Part shown: positions 43,786 through 55,190 of the stretch, piece by piece
Layout: each line of letters opens with the position of its first letter
How positions within the stretch are numbered: the first letter of the stretch is position 1
Origin: a virus
Virus record (IMG/VR): IMGVR_UViG_3300028388_001285
Span: 1 to 64,000 of that record
Length of the DNA: 64,000 bases
Reading direction: 5' to 3' (one strand)
Notes under the pieces: model-generated
What the model was told of the DNA's origin: nothing
What the model saw: the letters and a program-made list of their open reading frames with translations, nothing else
Databases searched by the model: none
Made by a program: the position numbers and the translations under genes

Positions 43786-43812
43786 TATAACACCACACAT
43801 ATAAAAGTTAAA

Positions 43813-43848
43813 GAGGGGAGTAGGCGTAAAGCCACACTCCCTTTTTTG
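43813..43848 (+). terminator. rho-independent terminator
   Basis: GGGAGT-AGGC-GTAAA-GCCAC-ACTCCC hairpin followed by a T run. Confidence 0.75.
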
Positions 43849-43890
43849 TTATTAGCGTACTGGAAAATATTTAATTATAATAACTATATT

Positions 43891-44649
43891 ATGGCTACAA
43901 GATTAGAACACATTTACGCGATACAAAATCAGTATCACAGAGGGTCTAAGCCTGACGATGCTAAGTACCCTTCCAACCGATTAGTGGAACATTTTCTAAA
44001 CACTATGAGGGCGTTGCTGGTTAAACGTAAACAAGACAAGCACTACACTATATCGCCAATGACATATCAGACTGTGTGCATACCTCTAGAGGTTTCTTCC
44101 TATGAGGAGTGCAGCTGTTTGGATGAGGAGATTCTACCGCTGTTGGAGGATTGTACTTTACTGAAGTCTAAATGTCCACTACCGTCCGAGATAACATCTA
44201 GGTGGGGTACATCAATAGACGTCAAGTATTTGAATGGTAATCCAGTCCCACGCACTAGTATGACCTCTAACAAATATGCTCCCTACTCGTTAGCAGGAGC
44301 TGGACAAGTCGAAGGTTGGTTTATAGGAGACAACTCATACTTATATGTAATCAACTCAAGCATGTTACAAGTGGTACTCGCCAGAGCTTTATGGGAGAAC
44401 CCAGCAGACCTAGATGGCTACTGCGACTGTAATGAAATCACCATAGGAGGTGGTAGTAACGGTAGCGGAAGCACTACATGCCATGACTCACTTACAGAGG
44501 AATACCCGATTGACGCTGAGTTAGTCGAACCTCTATACAGTATGGTTATGGATAAGTTGTATAGGTCACAAGCACTTCCCATCGACAACATGAACGATGG
44601 AAGAGAAGTTGAACACCTAAATGCATTAGATCCTAATGAAAGACAATAA
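43891..44649 (+). CDS. tail ring protein
   Basis: RALLVK...QTVCIPLE...WENP...EYPIDAELV; ATG 43891 preferred to the TTG inside the terminator. Confidence 0.75.
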   Translation: MATRLEHIYAIQNQYHRGSKPDDAKYPSNRLVEHFLNTMRALLVKRKQDKHYTISPMTYQTVCIPLEVSSYEECSCLDEEILPLLEDCTLLKSKCPLPSEITSRWGTSIDVKYLNGNPVPRTSMTSNKYAPYSLAGAGQVEGWFIGDNSYLYVINSSMLQVVLARALWENPADLDGYCDCNEITIGGGSNGSGSTTCHDSLTEEYPIDAELVEPLYSMVMDKLYRSQALPIDNMNDGREVEHLNALDPNERQ

Positions 44650-45088
44650 GAGATCTTATACTCTACAAGACATCTACGAACAGTACGACAACCCCCACGA
44701 CCTAGACAAAGCAGACTATATAAAAATATGCAGGGCATTTAATTACTACCTAGTCCGATCACTTATCGAGACTGGGTATGCTTATAAATTACCCCACACA
44801 CTAGGCACAATTTCCATACGTAAACGTAAGGGAGGTGGAGGACTACTGAACTTTAAACATTATAATGAGACTGGTGAGAAGGTTTATTTAAAGAACAAAC
44901 ACTCTGAGGGATACTACTGTAAGTGGATTTGAAATAAGTCCAGACCCCAGTGTGTACTCAGAGATCCACAGTTGTATTCTTTCAAAGCTACTAGAACTAA
45001 TAATAGGGCTTTAGCTAAGGCTGTAAAAGGCAAGAACACAATGAAAAAATATTTTACTTATGACAAGAATCCGGTATACATCAATTAA
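44636..45088 (+). CDS. IHF/HU-like protein of the crAss tail module (1 in-frame TGA at 44930)
   Basis: LPHTLGTISIRK...NKHSEGYYCKWI[TGA]NK...YSFKATRTNNRALAKAV. Confidence 0.8.
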
Positions 45089-45977
45089 ATCGGTTCTATA
45101 CGATTTGTCTACGCTTGTTCCAGAGAACGAATGGAATGACTTAAAGTTTACGGAGTGAGCTATTAAAGCCCTACGTAAGTTGAAGTCTGAAGTTAAATTA
45201 GAAGAGGCCGTAGCTATTAGGAATCTAGTAGAACACAAAGCGCAGCTGCCTAACGATCTAACGTATCTTACGCAAGTTGCCTACCGACCAGAGTTACCAT
45301 CTGATGAGATAGAGGAACTCACACGAATCATGAATCTCCAAGGGGAAGAGTGGAACACAGCGGTAACAGACCATATGTTTAATCCTAGCGGACTTCCAGA
45401 GAAAGCCGTACGATCATTATATGCGTCTGGTTTGAACAAGTGGTACCCAATGCGAGCTTCTAGTTCTCCATTTATGTCTGGAATACTTATTACTGGCACT
45501 CCTTACAACAGCGTAGATTGGACAACTCCTAACTTGCAGGGGGATCACGAATACATAGTCGATTCAAGCATGTGCTTAACGTCGACGCTCTCTGATGCGG
45601 TGTTAGCTATATCGTATATGAGATACCCCGTAAAAGCTAATGGGGACACACTTATACCCGACGATGAGGATTTGAAAGAAGCAATAGTACACTACTGTCT
45701 GTATAGATACTGGTTGACTAGAAGTTTCTTACGTGAACCAAACGCCGACAAAGAAAGAGACTATCATCTGTCACGGTACGAGGTGTTAATGGCCAAGGCT
45801 GGCGGAGAATTAAACTTACCTACTTTAGATGAATTAGAAAACCTCAAGAACCTGACTAACCGATTAGTTCCTAGATCTAATCAGTACGACAACTTCTTTA
45901 GTAAGTTGAACAACAGGGAATCTGCTGACACCATGTCACACTGAGGTAATCATGATACTAACAATTATGCCAACTAA
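45060..45977 (+). CDS. tail tubular / ring protein (in-frame TGA at 45156 and 45942)
   Basis: MTRIRYTSIKSV...E[TGA]AIKAL...KAQLPNDL...ISY...LIPDDEDLKEAIVHY. Confidence 0.8.
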
Positions 45978-48900
45978 ATTTAACAGTTCGAATACATTTC
46001 AGGCTGGTATGAACAAGGATGTTAATCCTAAGTTTCAACCTAAGGGAACCTATCGGTTCGCTCTGAACGCTGTGTTAGAGGTTAAGGAAGGTTTGCAAGG
46101 TAGTATACTTAATGAGATTGGTAACACATTCTGCCAAGTGATTCACGATGAATCAGGCGCTACTATAGTAGGACATGTACTGACTGATACTAGAGACATA
46201 GTATTGTTCCTAGCATTCCATTCTGGTAACTCTGCGATAGCAACTTGGAACCCTGATACATGTGAGTACACGGAGTTGCTGAAAGGTAACTGCTTAAACT
46301 TTAGTACTAAGCATCCAGTGTTCGCACAGTTTAGAATACGAGGTGGTTGTGACAGGGTAATATACTTCACGGATAAACACAATCCATATAGAGTATTTAA
46401 CTTAGACCAACTCAACAGATATAAAGATTCTGACGGGGATGTAGATTGTGATAGATTACTTTACTCTAGGAACGTAGAACGCCCTTGCATTAATGTTGAT
46501 AGAATCAACGAAGGTGGCGGACTCCTACCCATAGGGGCTTATCAGGTAGCTGTTCAATACTTGGACGAAGAACTTAACCCGACTAATTATTTTTATATTA
46601 CTGATGCACTTTACCTTGCAGATGAATCACTGAACTCTCTCAATGAAGAGATAGATGGTGGATTCAATATCGTAGACCCAGACGCAAATATACTCGGCGG
46701 AGTACCTTTAGCTAACAAATCAATTACGTGGTCGCTGTCTGATCTAGACACCAACTTCTCGTATTACAAGTTAGCTATATTGGTTTCTGAATCTGCTACA
46801 GGAAGTCTCAGTTCTGCCTATGAAACAGACGAGCAGACTATATCTGGTACAGAGGATTTCTACACGCTAAGTAACTTAGAGGATATCAACTTTACTTCTA
46901 TAGACAACGTCATTGTGGATCGTCCTGCGATAAACAAAGTAACTGACCATGCACAGTTGGATAACAGATTGTGGTTGGCAGGTACAATGAATGACGGATA
47001 CGATTGGGCAAAGGTGCAGCAAGCAGCTAACACTATCACTTCTAAGTGGACTACGGATACAGTTCCAACGAGGGAGACCAAACGGTTTCCAGAGTACCAA
47101 GTTAAGTTGCGTAACTACATGCGTGATGAAGTTTATGCATTCTCTATATGGGGAGTGTTTGCTAATGGTACAAGAACTCCAGCTTTCCATATCCCTGGAA
47201 GGGAGACGATGGTTAACCCAGGAATAGGTGATGAGACTGATAATTACAGAACATCGGTACCAGCAGGAGCGAATTGGGATACTTATCCAGTAACTATTGG
47301 AGGCTTGAATGCTTACAATAAAAGTAACAGCATAGCTTCACTAGAGGATGTGAAACACTTAGGTTACGAGGCTTCTGACATAGGAGAGACTATTGATCGT
47401 TGGAGAATATACAACACTGCTACGTACGATGACTTTGAGAGGACTGAAGGGGAGATGGCATACTACGAGTGTAACACTAGGTACCCTGACCTGAAAGACT
47501 GTAGCGGGGATTTCATATTCCCAACTACGACAATAGACGGTGAAATCGTACCGGCAAATGTACGTCATCACAAGTTTCCTGATACTAAGACTAGTCCATT
47601 ATTTAGAGCTGGTGACTTAGATGCGCTAGCTTGTTTAGGTATCAAATTTGATCTGTCACAGTTCTTGGCGGACGTAGGAGATATTGAGGTTGAAGGTTGA
47701 GTTATCGGTGTAGCAAGACGTAACGCTACAAACAGAACTATATTTGACAAAGGATTACTGTTTGCTGGACAAACTTCAGACAAAGACCTTGGAGGCGACA
47801 CTCCACGTATAGGCAAAGATGATGTGATCTTCACAGGTTGGTTAGCTGACAGGGCTGTTGGACATAACCTAACACATACACCTAAAAGTGCTTGGTACTT
47901 CTCACCTAAAGAAACACACGCACGACCAGCAATTGCAGGTTCGTACGTAAAACTGGAACGTTTACACCCATCAAATATCGGTTACATACAAAGTGACATA
48001 CGATACTGGTTCGGTACTCTTGGTACCTCATTAACCCCAGTGTTTGATTTTGGTGGTCGTGGACAATTCTTACCACTAGACACGTACACCTACATGGATC
48101 GAGTGGAATTTTACACGGTGGAAATTATCGACGGACCACCGCTTGGTAGTAGTAACCCATGAGGGGTAACACAAACTAGCGCCTCAGGTACTAAAATACG
48201 TACCCATATTTACTCTAGACATATGCTGAACCTAGAGTTTGAAGAAGACTATAGGTATCACCAGTTTAGTACCGACATACAGGCAACTAGTGGAGTACGT
48301 AATGACGCTTGTTATGTAAGTATTAAGACTAACAACGAAGTGTACCCCGATCTAGAATCTGTTATATATCATCCAGTATCTAATTGTTATTACACCAATG
48401 GCACTACTGTCTACGGTGGTGACACATTTATAGGTAGATATCATACGACCACAAAAAGCACGTTAGATAAAGGCCCTGATGAAAAAGACTTGGGGGATAG
48501 AAGTTTGATTGCTGCGTATGTTGAATCAGAACTTAACCATGAGTACAGGCATGACGGTATCTTAGAGGATTGGCAGTCCACTTGGAAAGGTGAACTGGTT
48601 TACAATAATCAGAATAACAATGAAACTATCCGGGAGTACTTAAGCCCGGAGATTGACTTTTCTGATATCGAAGCAGACAGAAACCCAGCTGATTACTTTG
48701 GATACAATAAAGATTTCCAGAAGTTGAACAACGAGAAGCCTAACTTCCCATTGTCAGACTCGTATGATTACTGTGATGCTTGTCCAAACAAATATCCATA
48801 TAGAATCATGTACTCTGAGAAATCATTCCAAGAAGAATTGGTAGATAATTATTTAATTGTAAAGGCTAACAACTACAGAGATTTAGATGGAGACTCCGGA

Positions 48901-50259
48901 CCAATTACCAGACTCTTCACCGACAAGGATAACCTATTCGCACTATCCACTAAAGCTTTATGGACTGTACCTACTAGGCCACAGACGTTGCAAACATCTG
49001 AGGGTACTATATATGTAGGTACAGGAGATGCGTTGGCACTACCGCCAAAGCGTGTAGTTTATCCTGGGTTTGCTTACGGAGGCACTAAGGATATATTGTC
49101 ACTAGTCAGTACAGAGTATGGGAGTGTATGGGCAGATAGTCTAACAGGTAAGGTATTTCATTGGCGAGGACAATTGGAAGAGATCTCTTCTAATGGTATG
49201 CGTAACTGGTTTGAAGAGAATACTAAGTCTAAGATAAAGGAACAGATGTTTGCTTTCTCTTTGGAGAACAACATACCAAGCGTACCAACTGATTTATATG
49301 GTGTAGGTCTAGTGGGCACGTATGATCCTAGATATCGAAGATACATATTAAGTTTCCGTGACTACGAGATACTTGACATGGAGAACTTCGAAGGTGGTGT
49401 GGAAGGATTTGAATCATTAACCTCTTACAATCCTAGTAAGCTATACTTTGACCTAACTGCGGGAGACTTCTTTAGGGTTAAGTACATTGCTGCTACTGGT
49501 TGGTACAAATTACCTATACCGTATTTGGATAGAAACACATTCCGTAACAGATCTTGGACGGTGTCATATTCATTTCCACACAAGGCTTGGGTGAGCTTTC
49601 ACTCATACTTACCAGCATACATGTTCAATGATGAAGATACATTCTATACTGGATTACATAATAGTCTGTGGATGTTCACACATAACTACGGGGAACATCA
49701 GAAATACTATGGAAAGAAGTACGACCATATACTAGACTTTATCGTGAATGAGCAACCAATACTGGATAAGACTTATAGTAGCCTTAAAGTAATAAGTGAT
49801 ATCAGTCGGTATGATGAGGAACACGAGAACTATATAGAGTCTCTGCTAGAGTTCTTCACATATGGTATGTTCTACAACTCCAACCAAACTAGTGGTAAGC
49901 AACAGATATTTAGGAAGGACGGTTCAAGTCCATTCTTGTCTACATATGATAACCAGAATCAAATGGTACTGGCAGAGAAAGTAGATGAGCACTGGAATAT
50001 ATCTGGGTTTAGGGATCTAGGTATAGGACATAACTCCTACCCAATATGGACAAACGCTTGGGATGAAGTACAGTCTGACTATTATATAGATAAGGTACCT
50101 AACCCGGAAGCCATTGAGACAGACAAGAGTCTGTTTAATCACGGCAGGTTTAGGGATGCTTGGCTAGGCGTACGACTATACCATGATGGTGAAGTACAAG
50201 GTAACTACAGAATAAACACTGACCTAATTAATACACTACAAAGAATATCTTATAGGTAA
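45967..50259 (+). CDS. tail stabilization / muzzle protein, about 1430 aa (in-frame TGA at 47698 and 48160)
   Basis: GMNKD...YRFALNAV, IYFTD, YMRDEVYAF, VRHHKFPD, GGDTFI, SWTVSYS...WVSFHSYLP; three ORFs fuse in frame. Confidence 0.9.
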
Positions 50260-53200
50260 TGGCAAAGCAAAAAGAAGAATTAGAATATAACTTGGGTGGA
50301 GATATAGGTACTGGACTGAGCGCTGCTGCACCTATGATGAGCGCGATTCCTGGGTGGGGAGCTATAGCTGGTATGGGCATGAGTGCCCTAGGTGGATTCC
50401 TACAGAGTCGGCAGAACGATGCTCCAGCCACGTATCAACAAACCCAGTCCAACACTAATCCATATGGGTATGTAAAGGGCGGAACTATTAAGGAAGTAAT
50501 TCCAGGCATAGCTCAGGTAAAGGCTGACACCTCAGCCGAGAACAGAGATGGAGCGCCCGATTCCGTGCAGGTGAATATGGGTGGTACTACGATTGAACTT
50601 GCTGGAGACGAAGTAGTATTACTAAATGAAAAAAATAAAGGAGGCAGCCTAGGCGATAAGTTACAAGGAGGGTTCGTACTCTCCAACGCATTAACTATCC
50701 CAGGTACCGACAAGACATTTGCATCAGCAGCTGAAGCCCCTCTGAATATGCTGAAGAATGACGAGAACCCAGCTCTCGCAAGGCAGATGCTACAGAACCT
50801 GGCCGATCTAAACCAGAAGGAATTAATCAAATCTAATAATAGTTCTGAATATAAATCTGGCGGCAAGCTAACTAACCCTCCTAACAATGACCCAGAGTAC
50901 ACGATACATGCGTTAGCTCCGGGACAGTCTACTAAAGAGTTTGCTAGGGACGCCTTAGAACGCTATGGGGTAACTGACGCAGAGGCTGTTAAAGCCTTGG
51001 AAGATGATTTACAGGAAAGTAATCAGTTCGAGCCTTGGCAAATGGCAAATAGGTTGAGTCGTAATTATAGGAAGTCACAACAGAGAATCAAGGTGCCTAA
51101 AGACATGACTAAGTATGTCACGATGTTTGATTATCTGAAGGATGAAAAATATGTGGGTGGGAAAGATCTACCTTTCTGGAATCTAGATGATACACGAAAG
51201 TTCTACACTAAAAATAAACCACTGCGCAAGCCTAAAGGAGCTAGAGCTATTATGCCCGGAATGTCTACTAGTAAGTACCATGTACCAGCTAACCCTGCTA
51301 AGGGTATACCAGCATACGGTAATATGGACGAGTTTCCTGAAGAGGCGCTGCGCGGACACATTGACAAAGTACTGGGCAACTACAAAAAGAAATTCAAAAG
51401 ACACGGCAAGTCGGATAAATTGTGGAACACAGACCAGGTGATAGCGGGATTGAAGGCGTTACATGATGATACCGGCTACGTGGCTCCAGTGGATCTTCTC
51501 TTCGCACAGATGCGTAAGGAAGGTGCGTTTAATCCTAGTGACGGAGGACGTAGTAAGTATACTAATCCAATGAATGTAGGAGAGACAGACAGTAAGACTA
51601 TCTACAAATTTAAAACTCCCGAAGCTGGTTTTTATGCCTGGGGAAGGTTACTGTATTCAGACTATCTGTCACACAGAACACGGGAAGACTTATATAGCAA
51701 AAAAGAAGCCTTCAAGAATCATGGAGACAATAGGTACGCTACTAGCCCCTACTACGAAGTAGGTGGATATGATGAGAAGAATAGATACCACATAGGGGTT
51801 AAACAGGCTGTGGACCAATATCGTAAGATGATGGTAGAAGATCCTGAGGCAGCGAAAGCTGGGAAAGCACAGAAGAAAATTAATACATACAGTTTAAAGG
51901 AAGGTGATACTCCGTACGAGATAGCAGATAAACTTGGGTTAGACCGAGACGCTTTTCTAGAGTTGAATCGGTTAGCCAGTAATAAGGAAGAGGCAAAGAG
52001 TACTGGACTAATAGATCCTAGCACTTTACCTGTAGGCTACGAGTTGATTTATGAAGATGACTTACCTAAAGCACAAGTAAAAATCTCACCTAAAGCACAA
52101 GTAAGAATGACGAAAGCAAAACCAGAAAGAGAGGGGTCTGTACCTTCTAACCTTAAGTACTTCATGCCAGCAGGTATGGTACTGGGTAGAAAAGAAGGTG
52201 GTTACATTGGATATAACAATGGCGGACCAATTGAGCACGATGACCCGCGCATGGGCGATATAATGCAGCACGTTGTCACAGCGTTAGATATTGAAGATCC
52301 AGCTAGTCAAGAAGATTTCCTGAATGACATGGCTAGCCGATACGCTAATATGTGGAATGAAGGGCAGTTTAACAATTGGGACACTTTTTTGGACTATGTC
52401 AGTAAACCTAAGGATATGGCTACTGCGCAAGGATTCTTGAATGGAGTACCTGGACCACCCCCAAGTAGAGCCGGATTAGCTCAGGCTCTTGCAGGACTAT
52501 ACGGTAATACATCTGCTGCCCCTGTGGCTCAGACATCCGCTGCTCCAGCACCAGTTACAACACCGGCGGCTACAGCTAGAACTACACCTGCTGCCACAAC
52601 TACTCCTGCACCAACATCATTTAATCCTAGTACACCATTTAACCCGCTGGTACGAACAGCACCGCAAATAACATCCCCAGCCTTGGCAGCCTCCAGAACA
52701 GCTGCTGGCACAGCGGCAGTGAACAATGTAGGTAACATGAATATCACGCCTAGTCCAGTAGCCACACCGAACAAATTCGGAAGGTTCATGGAGAACTTAG
52801 GTGGAGCATTCAAAGGTGGAGGCGCTGGTACAGCACTACAGATTGCTGGAGCCCTTGGACAAGGTGCTATGGCATTGTTCAGTAATCAGGGAGAGCAAGC
52901 TGCACATACTGTACCTAATAGGTATAGAGAACAGCAGTACAATCCGGCGTCACAACTGCTAGCCAACCAACGAAGCTTTAGTGGTGCCTTGGATATGGCA
53001 CGCAATAGTGCATCTGGGTTTGGACAGTTGATGAGTAGAGGTCAGCAAAGCTACGCTAACAAAATGGCGGCTGATAGAACTACACTGGACAGAGCACAGC
53101 TGATGAACAATAGGTACCAACAACAATACGACCGATCAACACACGCTTTAGCAAATCAAAATGCTAATAGAATGTGGAAAACTGATCAGGTTAATAAGAT

Positions 53201-53372
53201 GGCAAAAGGACAGCGCATGGGCAACTTAGCCACAGCGTTTGGTCAGACACCGATAAATTTGGGACAAGCTATGAACCGACAGGCTGCTAATCAAGAGGCT
53301 GTTAGATGGTACATGCAAGCTATTGACCCAGCATTGGCCGCGTCGATTAAGAAACAAATGAACGTAAGATAA
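50259..53372 (+). CDS. virion cargo/ejection protein with a peptidoglycan hydrolase (glucosaminidase/lysozyme-like) domain and a LysM domain
   Basis: LLFAQMRKEG...TNPMNVG...RYATSPYYE (~51490-51760); LysM YSLKEGDTPYEIA...LELN...LPVGYELI (~51885-52050); Gly/Ala-rich hydrophobic segments. Confidence 0.8.
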   Translation: MAKQKEELEYNLGGDIGTGLSAAAPMMSAIPGWGAIAGMGMSALGGFLQSRQNDAPATYQQTQSNTNPYGYVKGGTIKEVIPGIAQVKADTSAENRDGAPDSVQVNMGGTTIELAGDEVVLLNEKNKGGSLGDKLQGGFVLSNALTIPGTDKTFASAAEAPLNMLKNDENPALARQMLQNLADLNQKELIKSNNSSEYKSGGKLTNPPNNDPEYTIHALAPGQSTKEFARDALERYGVTDAEAVKALEDDLQESNQFEPWQMANRLSRNYRKSQQRIKVPKDMTKYVTMFDYLKDEKYVGGKDLPFWNLDDTRKFYTKNKPLRKPKGARAIMPGMSTSKYHVPANPAKGIPAYGNMDEFPEEALRGHIDKVLGNYKKKFKRHGKSDKLWNTDQVIAGLKALHDDTGYVAPVDLLFAQMRKEGAFNPSDGGRSKYTNPMNVGETDSKTIYKFKTPEAGFYAWGRLLYSDYLSHRTREDLYSKKEAFKNHGDNRYATSPYYEVGGYDEKNRYHIGVKQAVDQYRKMMVEDPEAAKAGKAQKKINTYSLKEGDTPYEIADKLGLDRDAFLELNRLASNKEEAKSTGLIDPSTLPVGYELIYEDDLPKAQVKISPKAQVRMTKAKPEREGSVPSNLKYFMPAGMVLGRKEGGYIGYNNGGPIEHDDPRMGDIMQHVVTALDIEDPASQEDFLNDMASRYANMWNEGQFNNWDTFLDYVSKPKDMATAQGFLNGVPGPPPSRAGLAQALAGLYGNTSAAPVAQTSAAPAPVTTPAATARTTPAATTTPAPTSFNPSTPFNPLVRTAPQITSPALAASRTAAGTAAVNNVGNMNITPSPVATPNKFGRFMENLGGAFKGGGAGTALQIAGALGQGAMALFSNQGEQAAHTVPNRYREQQYNPASQLLANQRSFSGALDMARNSASGFGQLMSRGQQSYANKMAADRTTLDRAQLMNNRYQQQYDRSTHALANQNANRMWKTDQVNKMAKGQRMGNLATAFGQTPINLGQAMNRQAANQEAVRWYMQAIDPALAASIKKQMNVR

Positions 53373-55180
53373 TGGCAAAGTATCAATATTTTAAACTACA
53401 GGCTCCACAATTTCAGCTAGAAGAGACTCCGATACAACCAATGCTACAAGCACTTGGGTACAGACAAAAGAGATTCGATGCCGCTTATGAACTAGCTGGA
53501 GACTTAGAGGACCAATACATTGACGCCCTCCCTAAAGATAGGGCTAGGGCTGACGCAATACAAGGTGGCTGGCGTAAAGAGATTGACGACATGGTCAAAA
53601 AGTATGATGGTGATTACTCTCAGATGTATAAAGATTTGGGGGGATTGAAGCGTCGTATGACTAGAGAACTCACGCCGGGAGGTGAGGGTTACGAGATAGG
53701 ACAATCTAAGGCACGCATGAAGGCAGCCTATGAAGCTGGTAAGAAGCAATTAGCTGGCGAGAAGATCACAGGTGACATGCTTAATAACTGGTACAGGTAC
53801 ACTATGGATAGCTACGGAGGCGTACAGAAAGATCCTACTACTGGAGCTTGGACTGGCATACAGCCAGAAGACATAGGAAACTATGTAGATCCGTATGAAC
53901 TTGGACTAGAAGCTGTTAAAGAACTTGTCCCAGATACATGGGAATACTCACGCACAGACGCTAGCGGCATGTACTTCTACGATAAGAGTGGTAAGGAGAA
54001 ATATTTATCACAGGATAGAATCCGAGAAGCTGTTTCCAATAGATTGTCCAGCGATGAACGCTACTGGAATATGTTACAGCAGGAAGCTAAGTGGACTGGA
54101 CGTCCAATGTCATCTGTAATGAATAGATTCCAAACCGATGTTACAGCATTCGATCCATTCGCCTACTCACAGACAGAGAGTGGTAGTGGTATGAGAGCAG
54201 ACAGCGCAGCTATATATGCTGACAAGAAAGCTATGTTAGAGAATTGGAGACCAGATAGTAGGCCAATACAACCAGCAACTCCAGCTTTCAACAACGCTAT
54301 GAATATGCCTGACTTTGGTTACACTACAGAGACTGAGGGATACGATCCCGAATTAACGGCTGAGTACTTCGGACACGGCATTAAGCAGAAAGGCACAGCT
54401 GATGACCAACTAAAAGCTTATTATGAAAAGCTAGAGGGACCATTCAAATCAGCATTCTACAAGACTATGCGGGGCGCTAAGGCAACTGAGCAAAGAGCTG
54501 CTTACGAAAGAGGAGACATGAGTCAAGAAGATTACTATGGATTCGTACAAACTAAATGGAAACAAATTGCTGATAGGGTTGGAAATTACAATAATACATT
54601 GTATAAGTATCCTAACGAGTACAAGAACGATGACCTAGATAATTGGGCAGCTATGGCTCAGAATGCTCAGTGAAGAGACATGACTGGTAAGAAGGTTAAG
54701 GTACCGAAAGAAGTTGGGGCATTAAAGAATACTGGAACTTCTAGAGCCACTAAGCTAGGGTGGTATCCACAAGGACCGATAGCAACTGGACAAGTGTTTG
54801 GTGAAATGGTCATTGATCCTAACAATCCAAAGAAACAATACATCGTAAGTAGAAGTGACAAGGTATCTGGTAACATGAAAGGTATAAATGAGTTGAGATC
54901 TCCTTACTATACGGGCAAACCTAGTGGGAAAGTACCAGCTCGTATCAAATACCAAGGTATAGATGTAGGTGTGCTAGCTAGCACTAGATTAGACAATAAC
55001 CTTAATTTTGTTGTAGACTTATATGATCCAGCTAATCCTGGCGAGGTCATAGACACCATAGAGGATGAAATGTCAGTAGGAGACTTCATGGACAACATGA
55101 ATGTAGAGGCTGTAAAGAACGTTGTAGGAAATTCAGGTTTAGGTAGTAAAGCACTATTATTCGGAGAAGAGTTAGATTAA
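53372..55180 (+). CDS. virion cargo/ejection protein (1 in-frame TGA at 54671)
   Basis: AQNAQ[TGA]RDMTG joins two ORFs; helical N-terminus like crAss cargo proteins. Confidence 0.75.
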
Positions 55181-55190
55181 ATAAATAATT

